From contig OZ024745.1 in NCBI GenBank assembly GCA_964016885.1, positions 132,122,001 through 132,186,000 on the forward strand: 64,000 nucleotides of DNA. Direction: 5' to 3'. Both the position numbers and the translations under genes were made by a program. Shown in pieces: positions 12,313 through 26,437 of the stretch (the first letter of the stretch is position 1; each line of letters opens with the position of its first letter). This stretch comes from Eledone cirrhosa (lineage: Eukaryota). The notes under the pieces are model-generated. The model made no database searches, was not told the DNA's origin, and was given only the letters and a program-made list of their open reading frames with translations.

Positions 12313-12450
12313 ATTAGATCACATGAATATTTATATTTATTAATATTTTGAAGTAATATTAATAACTCCAGAAAACCTCTTTGTTGAGTGCTTCTAATCT
12401 ATTGTAAAACTTTATTCATTCATTAATCAATGAACCTTGTTAAACTTTTG

Positions 12451-12761
<311 letters not shown>

Positions 12762-13059
12762 GAAAGTTCTTTTTAATCCCTGACAGAAAAATTGAAAAAA
12801 TGTTGAATGCTTCAAGCACTATGGTAAACATTGTAAAACTTGACTGATTAGAAACATAATTCATTTACAGTAATTATGTAAATTAGTAGAATATTTTGAA
12901 AAAAGGTATGTTTTCCTAGAAAATTAAAACAAAATGTAACAGTACAAATTTTATTTTAGTGTCTATGTTTGTAATTTTTAACAACATTATTTTGCAACTC
13001 AGCTTCAATAATAATAATCATAATATTAACATTCCCCTCAGCCTCCTCCTCCTCCTTCT

Positions 13060-13460
13060 TTTCACACTTATTCCTGAGAAGTTCATGGGGGCAGAGACCT
13101 CAAACACTCCTTCCAGTGGGTCCTGCTTGAAGCAATCTTCTCCACCTGATCCAGCTGGATCCCCAAGTGTGACCAGCAAAGCTCATGGATGTTATTCAAC
13201 CATTTTGCTTGGAGTCAACCCTTGTGTTGTCTGTTGGTTTGTTTTTCCCATAAAGTATGTCCAGCAATTCTTTCCTGAGACATTTTAACCATATACCAGT
13301 AGTATCTGAGCTGTGATCTCTCAATTCGGAAAAGTTATGGTTCTTCCTAGAGTGACTCTCTCACCTCTGAGCTATGCAATCTATCAAGTAACATTACTCC
13401 AAACACCCTTCAGAGAAACCCCATTTTGCCTGCTTATATTTACGATCGTATTCTTTCGGT
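13060..13460 (-). mobile_element. RTE LINE 3' fragment (family also at 20495, 40130, 50855, 63350)
   Basis: Reverse complement matches gagagatcacagctc...gcaagatggttgaataacatccatgagc of the other copies. Confidence 0.75.
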
Positions 13461-14210
13461 CATTACCTAAGATTCAGCTTAAACCATCTTCTGAATTGCT
13501 GAAGCAAAATGTAATGATTGTTGTGCTTAACAAGGAAGAAGAAATGGAATCCTAAGTCAAAAGACACTCAAATTATAGATTTAGGGAACACAATACTGAT
13601 AGTCTCTCAACACCTGAATCAAGCTTGTTCAGATGATGTTTCTTGCTTTGTCCAACACAAAAGATACTCATGGGAACTTGGATGTACCAAATTTCAACAA
13701 CAAGAGTGGGAAGTGGCAAATCTTGGCAAAAGCTTTGGTTAAATCAAGGGTTGTGTGGGTTTGTCTTTATTTGTGTTTTATTTGTATATATGATTTATAT
13801 TTATACAATTATGAATTCATTTATATATTTGTGTATTTATCCAACATTTTTATTAAGACTTGATATATGGTATAACGTGTTTGCTTCATTTTTTACTTTT
13901 ATATAACAGTGTGTATATAATTCAATGTCTTGTAACCCATTTTAAACACAGTTTGTGAGAATGCTTAGGTTGTGTAACAGATATGTGTTGGGCATTTAAA
14001 ACCTAGTGGACTCCATCCCTCCTCAGGTTTGCATACAGCTGAGTTGGCTTTCAACACAAAACATAGCGAGACAGAATGAATACTGCAAAGTATTCTATCT
14101 TATGTTCTAACAACCTTACAGGATGAATTAACCCCAGTACTTGACTGGTACTATTTTTATTGACCTTAAAAAGTATGAAATGGCAAAGTTGACCTCGGTG
14201 GGATTTATCG

Positions 14211-14241
<31 letters not shown>

Positions 14242-14364
14242 ATGGAAGTGAGAAAGAGATATAGAGTAAGAATTTACCCCAGTACTTGACTGGTATTTTA
14301 TTTATAGGCCTCAAAATTATGAAAAGGCAAAGTTGACCTCGGTGGGCTTTGAACCCAAAACATA

Positions 14365-14660
14365 GTTCAACTTTAAGTATTATTCTTATGCATCTATAAA
14401 ATTCCTTTCCTATCTCACCTTACATATGTTTGTATTGTGTCTAGTTCATTAATTCCTAAGTATTTTAAAGGCTATCATTGGTTTAATTCTCTTATTTATA
14501 TTTCTTTATCCAACTTGAAACTGCTGGTTTTTATTAGCTTTTCCTCTCTTCAAAGTAGACTTGCTATATATTCTAAAGCTAATTTCATGCCACTTTCTCA
14601 ACTGAATCTTGGCATTGTATATTACATTGTCTCTGTCATTTATCTCCAATAGGCATCTAG
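14365..14660 (-). mobile_element. Decayed RT fragment of an R4/Dong-type LINE
   Basis: Minus translation ...GMKL...FKLDKEI*IRELNQ**PLKYLGINELDTIQ resembles the IKEL..YKYLGIxE region of these elements. Confidence 0.5.
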
Positions 14661-14929
14661 AGGTTATCCACATACAGGAGATGGCTGGCTAGCACTTACT
14701 AGCATTTTCACTCTCACTCAAACTGTGAATATTAGTTATGCCAGGCAGAATGGGAAGCAATAGGGATCAGTTTTGTTTTTATAGTTCCTTTTGTTTTGAG
14801 CAACAATTTTACATTTATCCATTGCATGCTTGGAATACCTACTTCCTATTGATGCCACCTTACTAATCCTGGTGGTGGTGGTGGTGGTGGTGGTGTGTGT
14901 GTGTGTGTGTGTGTGTGGGGGGGTAATTG

Positions 14930-15165
14930 AGGTACGTGGCCTTGTGGTAAAGGTGTTGGATTTCTAGACTGGGTTGTGTGTTGTGTTCTTGAGCGAAACA
15001 TTTCATTTCACATTGCTGCAACATACTCAGTTGAAAATGAGTACCAGCAATAGCTGGGTGTTTAACCCTATCCAGGGAGAAGTCTTGTACTCTCAATCGC
15101 TTCATGCCACGAAAGCAGGATAAGCACCGACCCTGTGAGCCTCCTGGCTTGAGACAGACTTACAA
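14930..15165 (+). mobile_element. SINE family C
   Basis: tggccttgtgg head; homologous to 7995-8265. Confidence 0.7.
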
Positions 15166-15524
15166 ATAGGTAATGTCTTTAGAATTTAAGGGTGAGGAAT
15201 ATTGACAAATTGGAATATATTTTTTTTCAGTTGTCTTAATTGTTCTCATTGCACAATTGAATGCAGTCCTCTCCTGGGAAACACACATCTTGTTGTTATG
15301 CATTTGTATTTATATTGCATTGAAGGAATTCTCACATATGGAGGCAGTGAATATGTTTAAGTCCTGGGGTCTTGGTTATAAATTTATCTGTATCTTTTAT
15401 TTTCATTCTATAAGTAAACAGTCAGTAGGCATCTCTAACAAAATACACCCCCGTCCCACCACCCCATCCACACCGCCCCCTTCTATGTAAAGTTATGTTG
15501 GTGCCACACCATCCAGGCCGAAAC

Positions 15525-15783
15525 AAATGAGATCGTGTAGGTGTCACGACAAAAAAACACACAGTCCACGCTGTAATGTGGCCGTGTAGGCAACACGGTA
15601 AAAACCTCCCAGACCCACACTGTAAATGTGGTTGGTGTTAGGAAGGGCATCCAACTGTAGAAAACCTGCCAGACAGTCCTATGCGAGCAAGACAATCACT
15701 CTTGCCTCAAGTGGGAAAACCCCCGTCCAAACCCATGCAAGCGTGGAACACGGACGTTAAACGTTGATGATGATGATGATGAA
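15525..15783 (+). mobile_element. SINE 3' part with RTE-like (GAT)n tail
   Basis: ggttggtgttaggaagggcatccaactgtagaaaacc...cccatgcaagcgtggaacacggacgttaaacgttgatgatgat. Confidence 0.75.
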
Positions 15784-15999
15784 GTAACATTGATAAATGA
15801 CGTCTGAACTACAGAGTGACATATCAGGGTTCTAAACTAGTCCAACATTAAGAATGCTCATAGGCATTATCAGGTCTCCCAGGTTCCAATACCAGAAAAA
15901 AAAAGGAATAGGAGTCATGGGGTGCCCTGAACTAACCTAGATCATGGCTTTGTGCTCAATTTTTGGGTTTTCCTTATTTATTTATATTTATATATTTAT

Positions 16000-16031
<32 letters not shown>

Positions 16032-16489
16032 TTAATGTCCATTTTCCACGCTAGTATGGGTCTATATATTTATATATATATCATCATAATCATCATGTTA
16101 ATGTTTGTTTTTCCTGCTAACAAAGGTGGGATAGGTCTATATAGACCATGTCAGTACTGAAGCGGAACCACTGATCTCCCAGGCAGGCCAGGGATCTGTC
16201 TCGCTTTATATACAGTTGACACTCTACCGAGTGCTCAGGAGAGGTTATCATGTCTTTGACACAACTGAGGGTCCTCCCCATGACACTTTTGTTTATTCAA
16301 TAATTTTCTGTAATATATTTGTTTTTATTCCTCTTTGCCTTAATATATAGTATACCCCAACCTAAATTAATGAAACCTGATGGCAAAGAAATTGGAGAGA
16401 TTATCATTATTATAATTTTCTATCCTTATAAACTTTAATTTTGAAAATTTATATAACCTCTCCAGTACTATAATAATAATAAAACAAAT

Positions 16490-17118
16490 AGGGATCGCAA
16501 TATGGATGGAACACTTACAAGAAACAGCATTGCTTGAAACAGCTTGAATACTCTGGAGGTTACTAAAAAAATAAGGTGTGTTACCTCAGTCCACTGTAAT
16601 ACATCTCCAGTGTTAGAAGCTGAGATAAGGGGTGTTACCTCAGTTCACTGGTAGTGAACTAAGGTAACACTGTAATACATCTCCAGTGTTAGAAGCTGAG
16701 ATAAGAGGTGTTACCCCAGTTCACTGGTAGTGAACTAAGGTAACACTGTAATACATCTCCAGTGTTAGAAGCTGAGATAAGAGGTGTTACCCCAGTTCAC
16801 TGGTAGTGAACTAAGGTAACACTGTAATACATCTCCAGTGTTAGAAGCTGAGATAAGAGGTGTTACCCCAGTTCACTGGTAGTGAACTAAGGTAACACTG
16901 TAATACATCTCCAGTGTTAGAAGCTGAGATAAGAGGTGTTACCCCAGTTCACTGGTAGTGAACTAAGGTAACACTGTAATACATCTCCAGTGTTAGAAGC
17001 TGAGATAAGAGGTGTTACCCCAGTTCACTGGTAGTGAACTAAGGTAACACTGTAATACATCTCCAGTGTTAGAAGCTGAACAAAGAAACAACAATAACAA
17101 TAATAATGATAATAATTA
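16490..17118 (+). mobile_element. 5'-truncated R4/Dong-type LINE end with tandemly amplified 3' UTR
   Basis: EHLQETALLETA*ILWRLL resembles the LQKxALLGTAxILR C-terminus; (TAA)-like tracts on both flanks. Confidence 0.6.
16571..17079. repeat. 76-bp tandem repeat, about 6.5 near-identical copies
   Basis: ataagagg recurs at 16701, 16777, 16853. Confidence 0.97.
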
Positions 17119-18100
17119 TAAAAATCTATCCTCATTCTAGTTCAAAAGAAATGAATATTATTTGGACATTATTTTTCACATTTCAATATTATTTTCCTTT
17201 GTTTCAAAATAACTAAAGTATGTTTACATGAAATATATTCAGATATAACTAAAGTATCTTTGCAGGACCGCCTCCTTCATACAGCGAAAAAAAAAGAAAA
17301 ACATTACATGAAAAAAGACAGACTTTTGACTATTTAAAGTTCTTTGTTTTATGTCTAATTGTTTTACTTTAAATACTGAATAAAATATGATTCTTTTGAA
17401 AGATGTGTAATGCTATTAATGCTATTATCTAAATTTGGTTGTCATTGTATTCACATCCTGTATTGTCAGTTATTAAGTGACTTGAAATAAGATTTGTTTA
17501 ATTACTTTGACCATTATTTACAATATTTCAATAGCATATGACATTTTTCAGTTATGTTTTCTTTTCTAGATAAAATTGTGAATTTTTTCTGTGAGTTTAT
17601 ATCTATTCCCTGTTTGAAGATGGTTGTGTTACAATAATTAATTTTATTTCCACCAGTTTATGAGTTGACATGCTACTAAAACTGAAATCCCTTCTGGTTC
17701 CAGAGAGTTTGTTAAAATAAATGACTGTTTCAATATTTGATGATATGCCTTGTTAAAAAGAATCCATCTTTTTTAAATGCCTGAATCATTGCTACAATTG
17801 TTTCTATTCTATGAAATATTTATATTACTGGATATCTCTTCACTATGAAAGTATATTTGACATGCTTCACTTTATTGTTTGACTGTGGGAGTATTTTGAT
17901 ATAAGAAATTTACAAAAGATCTCTAACAATGACAACAGTAAGAATAAAAGAAAAAATCTAAAAATTGTCAATCTGAAGAAAGAAAATATGGTTGCCAATA
18001 ATTTCAATAATGTTTCCTAGAAATAAAGTAATTTTAAACTGCTCGAAAGATTATATTCAAATCCAATATATTTCAAAGGGGACCTAGAAATACAACAGTA

Positions 18101-18282
18101 ATAATTGTTTCTACGTTAGGCACAAGGCCAGCAATTACCCAGTGCATTACTGGTACTTTATTTTATCGACCCCGTAAGGATGAAAGGCAAAGTTAACCTC
18201 GGCGGGATTTGAACTCAGAATGGAAAGGGCTGTAACTCTTTGCGTCAAAGCATGGCGTCCGACCCTCTACCAATACTGCCAA
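18101..18282 (-). mobile_element. SINE family A, well preserved
   Basis: Reverse complement of 11832-12020 and 46361-46540; B box gagttcaaatccc. Confidence 0.88.
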
Positions 18283-18414
18283 AATCCAAATAATGCTTGA
18301 TAACTATATATAAAGGAACGATCGACTTTCATCAAATCGGACCGAGGAAACAATGTTTCCGTTGGTCTTTCCAATTGCTAATACTATCTATCAGTCGCAA
18401 CTCCAGGTAGAAGG

Positions 18415-18532
18415 AGCAACGTGAAATAAAATGTCTTGCTCAAGGACATAACGCATCGCCCGGTCCAGGAATTGAACTCACAACCTCACGATTGCGAATC
18501 CAATTCTCTAACCACTCAGCCACACGCCTTCA
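18415..18532 (-). mobile_element. tRNA-derived SINE head with intact Pol III A and B boxes
   Basis: Minus strand ggcgtgTGGCTGAGTGGttag...gaGTTCAATTCCtgg...ccttgagcaagac. Confidence 0.8.
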
Positions 18533-18577
18533 TAACTATAATAATACTAAAAAACAATGAACCTCCAACCCTCTTCC

Positions 18578-18620
<43 letters not shown>

Positions 18621-18892
18621 ACACACACAGACACACACAAACACACACAAACACACAAAATATAAACTTTCTAGAATGATCGTTTTCAGAGAGCTTTGGG
18701 TGAATTGGAGGTTTTTGAATGATATTGTTGATTTGGAGGAAAACTGAGGAAAATACGAGAAGAAAGAACTGGAGATTAATTTATTGTAAGAAAATCATTA
18801 TGTGGTCTTATAAGTGATCAAAACTGATTCAGATTGGATAAGAAAAGAATGACTATTGAAGAAATACTAAACCAACACAAACTAAACACCCC

Positions 18893-19383
18893 TACCACCA
18901 CCACCACTGCCACCACCACCACTGCCACCACCACTGCCACTACCACCACCACCACCACCATCACCATCACTACTGCCACCACCATCACTACTGCCACCAC
19001 TACTATTGCCACCACCACCACCACCACTGCCACAATCATCACTGCCACTACCACCACCACACCACCACCACCACCATCATCATCACTACTGCCACCACCA
19101 TCATCATTCCCACCATCATCCCCACCACACCACCACCACCACAACCACTGCCACCACCATCATCACCACTACCTCTGCCGTCATCAACACCACTTACCAC
19201 TGCCCCCCCCCCCACACACACACCACAACCACCATCACTGCTGCTGTCTCCACCAATACCACCACCACCACCACCACCGCCACCGTCACCGCCACCGCCA
19301 CCACAAACGCCACCGCCACCGTCACCCGCCCCAACACCACCACCACCACCACCACCACCACCAATAACAGCAACAACAACAAC
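18893..19383. repeat. Degenerate (CCA)n microsatellite
   Basis: Directly visible; source of the poly-Thr/His/Pro/Gly ORFs. Confidence 0.95.
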
Positions 19384-19619
19384 CTCAGCAATAGAGAGTA
19401 CAAGAACCAATGTTTGTGATACATTAAAAAAGCATCTATATGTAGAGAAAAAGTGAATCTTTTTCAAAGTAGTAATCTCTCAGTAATCTTCTTAAATCTT
19501 ACTATTTTCAGTGAAATACAAACATGCTTCACATTAAAACAACAACAAAAGGAAATTGATTTGGTCTCGCCTCACAGAATTATATGATTACTATTAGGAT
19601 TTAGATAGTAGATGAATAT

Positions 19620-19830
<211 letters not shown>

Positions 19831-20494
19831 TTATAAAATTAATGAAGATCACTGGTATTAAGTCAATATTCTCAAGCTCACTCAATGAATCTGCCGAATT
19901 GCAGTAATGCAGCTGCAATCAGCTGTTTAGAGTGCACACAGTTAATAGCAGATATGGTGGCTGTGTTTTGGGTAGCGAGGATGTTAAATATCTCAACTCC
20001 TGGATGATATAATTTCTGTGCAACATAACTTCACAAATGCAGATATTAGAGCTTCAGAAAATCAACAGCAACATCCTAGAAAAATTACCGATTTTCCAAT
20101 CTCCCTGCTTATTCCACCCCCTCCCCACTTTTCCAGCCACCCCACACTTATTCCTACCCCCTCCTATTATTTGGGACCCGAGAGTAGTTAGTTGCTGAAG
20201 AAGAACCAATGAAAATTGAAACTGACCCAGCTGTTCCTTCTCTGTTTCTGTCCACAATGAGATTATATATATTTAAAGATATGTACAGCTGTGCTATGTA
20301 CTCTATCAAATTAAATTATTGAATTTGCTCGTGTAAAAGTCTATCTTAGGTAAAAGTTGACCTCCTTACTTTTATACAAAAAATTTGATATTTTCCTATG
20401 TCTCATGTACAAGTTCTCATGAAAAACTGATCAATATTTGTGTATCATAGTATTATGAGGTTTCTTTAAATGGTCTTTGGAGTAATATTATTCG

Positions 20495-20800
20495 ATAGAG
20501 TGTGTAGCTTGGAGATCAGGGAGTCACTCTAAGTAGAGCCACTACTTCTAAGTTGAGAGATCACAGCTCTGATACTATGGGAATGGGGTTAGAATATCTC
20601 AGGAAGGAATTTCTGGACAAATTTTATGGGCAAAACCACCGATTGGAGACCCAGGGGTAGACCCCAAGCAAGATGGTTGGGTAACATCCATAAGCTTGGG
20701 TGGTCATGCTTGGATCAGTTGGAGACGGTTGCTTCTGACAGGACCCACTGGACGGAGTGTTTGAGGATTCTGCCCCCACAACCCTCTCAGAGAGAAGAAA
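20495..20800 (+). mobile_element. RTE LINE 3' fragment
   Basis: EIRESL*VEPLLL..ERSQL*YYG...RPRGRPQARWLGNI...ASDRTHW. Confidence 0.8.
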
Positions 20801-21059
20801 TGGAAGTATTTACCTACTACACAACTGTTATGATGAGGGAATTATGATGCTATTATGTATTAAAACACAAATGCTCCTTAATATATCAGAAATCGCTAGG
20901 TTATATGGCTATTATAAATACTGGAAGCTATGCTTTAATACTGCCTACATTATCTATATAAACCACTGCTCCCGAATCTAGGGATAATGTGTATTTCTTA
21001 GGAAATGTTTCATTTCTGCATTCCTGAGTTTTATATCGAATAATAATAATATTCAATTA

Positions 21060-21205
21060 ATTTGCAAGCAAACGGCCTCATTACGCTGTGTGTTTTAGAT
21101 GACCATTGTCATACTTTTGTTCTAGCTGTGACATCAACTCTAGAACAATAGGATGGCGATAGTCATCTAAAAAACATAGTTTAATGAGGCTGTTAGCTTG
21201 CAAAT
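21060..21205. repeat. Imperfect palindrome, 66-bp arms and 14-nt loop
   Basis: atttgcaagc...ttgttctag versus ctagaacaa...gcttgcaaat. Confidence 0.9.
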
Positions 21206-22004
21206 GAAGCAAATATCTGCTATGTTAGAGCAAAACACTAAATTCTAGTTTCATTTCTAATTTGTCTTCTTGTCTGTCATGTAAACAATAATGGGCAACA
21301 ATACGGGGAAGAAATTATTACTGATTTATTTGTACAGTAACGATAATGTATTGTAATTATGAGCTTAGTTAGTTCACTGAGTGTCCTCGGACCCTGGACA
21401 GCTGACCCCCTCCATAAAATTGGATCAATAACAGCCCAGTCTTGTGAAGTGGGGTGCCTTTGGCATTTTGTCCATAGGGTGCAGCCGAAACGCTGTTCTA
21501 ACCTAGGTGTAGTGTCTGTCACCCTCTCCCCTCCCCTAGTAGCCCTTGCTCTTCTCCTCCTTTTCCTCTGCTTCCTTTTTCTGTTTATTATATACCTGTC
21601 ATCTTATATAGTGTATTACATTATATATCTACATGTATGTATGTATGTATACATCCAGGAAGAAAATGTGTACATGTATATATATGTGTGTGTGTGTGTG
21701 TATAGAAGGAATTTGTAGTTTGCTTGAAGCATTGTATATGGTATAAAGAATTCAAAGTTTGAAAGCCACGATAATGTGGGTTTGAACAGAGAATAATTAA
21801 ATCGTAAGAAAGAGGCCAGCATGGTATAGCAAGCCACATCGGACACTGGAATAGTTCCTTTATTTTTCTCGGAAGAAGAAATGTTAATCTCAAAATATCA
21901 GGACATATAAATAAATTAAAGTAAGAAAAAACAAGCTCTGTTTCTTATGATTTAATTATTCTCCATCCAAACCTGCATTGTATGGCTTTCAAACTTCGAA
22001 TTCT

Positions 22005-22053
22005 TTATATATATATATGTGTGTGTGTGCACACGCGTGTATGTGTGTTTGTA

Positions 22054-22098
<45 letters not shown>

Positions 22099-22330
22099 GT
22101 ATATATATATGTATATACATATATGCATATACATATATATATATTTATATACATATATATATATGCATATATACATATAAATGCATATATATATATATAT
22201 ATATATGTGTGTGTATATATACATATATATGTATATATATATATATGTATGTATATATATATATATGTGTATATATATATATTTGTATATATGTGTAAAT
22301 GTATATATATATATATATATATATACATAT

Positions 22331-22363
<33 letters not shown>

Positions 22364-22409
22364 TATATATATGATATATATATATATTATATATATATGT
22401 ATATATTAA

Positions 22410-22503
<94 letters not shown>

Positions 22504-22530
22504 TATATGTATATATATATATATATATAT
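22005..22530. repeat. (TA)n/(TG)n microsatellite
   Basis: Directly visible. Confidence 0.97.
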
Positions 22531-22729
22531 TATCAAAATGGATCCGTCATTAGTCATCTAATTTGTGAAAACCACAAAATCAAGATAATGTTAGATAATA
22601 ATTTTATAGCATGAATGATTGAATATATATACAAGTTTTTTCATGTCATTATTTACCTAATTTTATAAGAGTCATTCGTCTTAGATGTAAAGAAGCAAAT
22701 GTATTTACAAATTTATGTGAATCAATATT

Positions 22730-23160
22730 TCTACTGTAGTAGATGTGAATCAGTGCGAGAGAAAATGTCTTTCTTTACCCGTGGATGTTCATACATATGT
22801 TGGTTGAATGAGCTGAAGGAGTGTTTACACTTAAATGTAACAGGAACATTTGCAACAATTTGGAGAAACACATGCAGACTAGGGAAAACACCAACATTGC
22901 AGACTTTAATAGCACTTGCAAGTGCTGACTGAATATTTTCCCTTTCCTTAATGTCATTTTTAGCACAGAAGCTAAATAAATATGTTGGAAATATAAGAAT
23001 AAAATGTATATAAAATTCAATAAGCTGAAAGAAATAGTTATAAATCATTGTTCATCAAATAAGTTATATACCTCTCTTTTAATATTTTCTGGAGAAGGGA
23101 AATGTTTTCAATAACATTGCATTTCCATTGAAATGTCTCTTTGGGTCTCTTGATTACTTC
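22730..23160 (-). mobile_element. hAT transposase C-terminal dimerization-domain relic
   Basis: AIKVCNVGVFPSLHVFLQIVANVPVTFKCKHSFS resembles FPNIxxLLxIxxxLPVTSxxxERSFS. Confidence 0.55.
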
Positions 23161-24099
23161 TTTGGAGTAATATGGTTGGCAAAATGATCAAAAGCCCAGC
23201 AGAATCATGTGCCAAATTGATTATACTGACGGTTTAAAAAAGAAATTGCCATGCCTCTCTTATAATACTTGGAGAAAGGAATTGCTAAGGATACTCAGTT
23301 GGAATTGATGATGGCTACAATGTAAAGCAGGCTTCTACATTACCTCTTCATAAATTCAGAACTTTTGCACATATCTTCTTGCTCTACCTGATTATGGTAA
23401 TTTTCTTGGGATGCAGGCATTTCAAATAATCCTATTGCTTCCTAAGTCAACCGCTTTGTACTCTCTCACACACACACACACATCCTCATCATCATCATCA
23501 TCATCATCATCATAATGTTTACATCTGCCTTCCATATAGGCATGAATTGGATAAGTTTTCATAGTCCAAGACTAGACAAGTCAGAGTGATCAACCTTGCC
23601 ATTAAATTCTACATCTGGCATCTGTCGCTGGATGCCCTTCCTAATGCCAACTGCCATATGAGGTGTATAGAGTACAGTTTTCATGATGCCAGTTCTACCA
23701 CGTTATAGAATGGACTAAGCACATTTTATCATGGTACCAACACTAATACTTTACAGGATGTACTGAGTCAATTTTTATGATATTAGCAACGTTAGAGAGG
23801 TTGTCACAACCTCAAAACCTATATTTGTTTGGCAAGTACTGTAGCCACTGGTCTGAAAACATATGCTTCATATAATTTTCCTTTCACTCAGAGAGAGAAA
23901 CTGTTTTTTTTGCCAGCAGAAGTAACAGCAATATAAATGAATAAACACATATATACATTTATTTATTCATTTATTTATTGTTAGCACAGACTAAAGTTTA
24001 ATCAAACAATTTCTGCTTTCACCCTAAAGCAGGATCTAACTTTGATAACTTTGATAAGTTTTAGCCAGTAATGGTTCAGTCCATTCCTGAATAACACCA

Positions 24100-25010
24100 C
24101 CTAGTGAATTCTTTCAAATCATGATTCAAACCTCAGCCATGTTTTGGACACCAAAGCCCACACAAGTAGTGTGTTAATATTGTCAGAGGCATATCCGGGT
24201 GTAGGGGGTTTATTCAGAATTTCTTAGAAGAATTTGTCCAAATACTTTTCGAATCTTATGGGATCTGTTTCTGTTTTTATGTATTTTGGTGTGATGTTAA
24301 AGAGAACAGGACTAGTTGAGGTGAAATAATTATGCTGTAATGTTGTTATGTGATGCAAGTTTTGTAGTGGGCAGCTAGCATGGGACTCAAACTTTAAGGA
24401 GATTTTAAAGTTCATGCCAACGTCATTTGGGGAATGCTTCCACATCATGCAGATAATGTAGTGCTCAGCGTTGGAGAGAGTATAGCTTGTGTTTTTCTAG
24501 TCGACCCAATAGTCAGGGCCTGTCATGACATCTATCATTTTTGTGATTGACCTTTGAGATGCTTCAATTTTCATAATACTTTGTTTCATGTGGGAAGACC
24601 ACAATGGAAAACATTATTCAAGATGGGGTCGAACAAAAGTAGAGAAGAAAAGGATAATAGTGTGGATGACTCTTGACTGGAAAGTTCTGAGAATCCAGGA
24701 ACACATTCTGCCTGCCATGTCAACTTTGCTGTTGATATGCTGTTGATATAATGAAAAGAAGTGGACCTCATACAGTACCTTGTGGAATGCCACTACTGAT
24801 TTTAGCTTTTCGACCACAACATGTTGAGTTCTGTTTGTCAGGAAACACTTGATCCATTGCAGCAACTTTCTAGAGATACCAATGTTGGATACTTTTTTCA
24901 ACAGGATGATGTGATCAACCCTGTCAAAGGCTTTGCTGAAATCAAGGTAGATGACATCAGTGTTGGAGCCCTGTTCCTAAACTCTTAAAAGTCATCAAAG
25001 TAATGCAAGA
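24100..25010 (-). mobile_element. CR1/L2-group LINE RT and 3' fragment, internally deleted
   Basis: DVIYLDFSKAFDRVDH..LLKKV..IGI..KLLQWIKCFLTNRTQHVVV; WILRTFQSR..FVRPHLE; FEKYLDKFF. Confidence 0.85.
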
Positions 25011-25241
25011 GCAGATGGTGATTAACTCCAAGGAAATTGTTTCACTTTCTGAAAACTGGGATGACAGTCTGGGAGAGAAGGTTTTTAGGGTTATAGCCAG
25101 CATCCTGTGAGTTCCTCCATAGATTATATATACATTATAAACATATAATATATATTGAAAACAACATACTTTGGTGAAGAATGAAACATGTAAATCAAAT
25201 AAATAATGTATCAATCGTTAAACCTTGATCTATTATTTGCG

Positions 25242-25321
<80 letters not shown>

Positions 25322-25594
25322 ATGTATATTTACACCATCTACGTGTAGGACAACAAAAGATAGATACAAAATAAGAAATCAGTTACTGAGGAGGTCACAG
25401 AACGTGTGACAAAAGAGCTTTGACAACCATCTGGTTACTGACCCAACCACCTGGAAATTTATAATAGATTGAAGTGAAAACGAACAGGTGCGTGTGCGTT
25501 TATTGGCAGCATGACCCTCCCCATATATATATATATATATATACATATATATATACACGGAGTATATATATATATTTTTTTTTTGGGGGGGGGG

Positions 25595-25885
25595 GTCGTT
25601 TTGGAAGCCTCATCAATGCTGATGGGTAAATCTCCAGGTAACAGAATCCGGTGTTGAAGAGAGAGATGTAAGTGAATGTAGAATGAGATGTATAGTGTGT
25701 AGAGGAACGTAGGAAAGAGCGTAAAAAATAAAAATAATAACACGTGATAGAGTTACCTTGGGAGAGATTTAATTGTCCCTATATTTCGGATTCAAATCCA
25801 TCAACTGCGGGGTTTCCGGGGGGGGGGGGGATTATCTGTCGAAGAGGAATGGTACGCGGCCTCTGTTGTCCACTGTTTGTGCATG
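25595..25885 (-). repeat. Dispersed repeat of about 280 bp embedded in (TA)n
   Basis: Reverse complement of 45665-45922; strand given relative to that copy. Confidence 0.85.
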
Positions 25886-25914
25886 TATATATATATATAC
25901 AGAGAGTGTCATCT

Positions 25915-26085
25915 CATCATCATCATCTTCGTTTAACGTCCATTTTCCACGCTAGCATGGGTTAGACGGGAGTTGTCCCAATTTGAGTCAAGGTTGGTCG
26001 GGTGACCGTGTCTCGCTCATATAGGACTATCTGGCAGGTTTTCTACGTCTGGATGCCTTTCCTAACACCAACCACATTTACAGTG
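25915..26085 (-). mobile_element. SINE 3' part with (GAT)n tail
   Basis: Homologous to 8447-8720. Confidence 0.75.
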
Positions 26086-26105
26086 TGTATATATATACAC
26101 AGGGC

Positions 26106-26157
<52 letters not shown>

Positions 26158-26369
26158 GGCGTGTGTATATATATATATATATATATATTAATAAAAGGAA
26201 TTCCAACTTTGTCTGATTTACTCGTTTTATTTACAATCCTTTAAAATTTATAATGGTATTAGAATGAAATAGTATGGTAGAATATTAAATGTTAAGTGTT
26301 AATTGAACAAGTACTTTCATGCTTTCGCAATCTTCAGGGTCATAATGTGTGGTGACAGTCAAGTTTGCA

Positions 26370-26437
<68 letters not shown>

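Noticed and set aside
17400-17900. Possible very old LINE RT remnant on minus strand
   Set aside because: No diagnostic motif could be read reliably.
18415-18532. tRNA gene
   Set aside because: A and B boxes are present but run into a SINE core; no convincing cloverleaf.
18818-19467. Mucin-like, His-rich or Gly-rich protein
   Set aside because: (CCA)n microsatellite open in most frames.
21435-21510. Hammerhead near ccgaaacg
   Set aside because: No CUGANGA-like box or helix I could be assigned.
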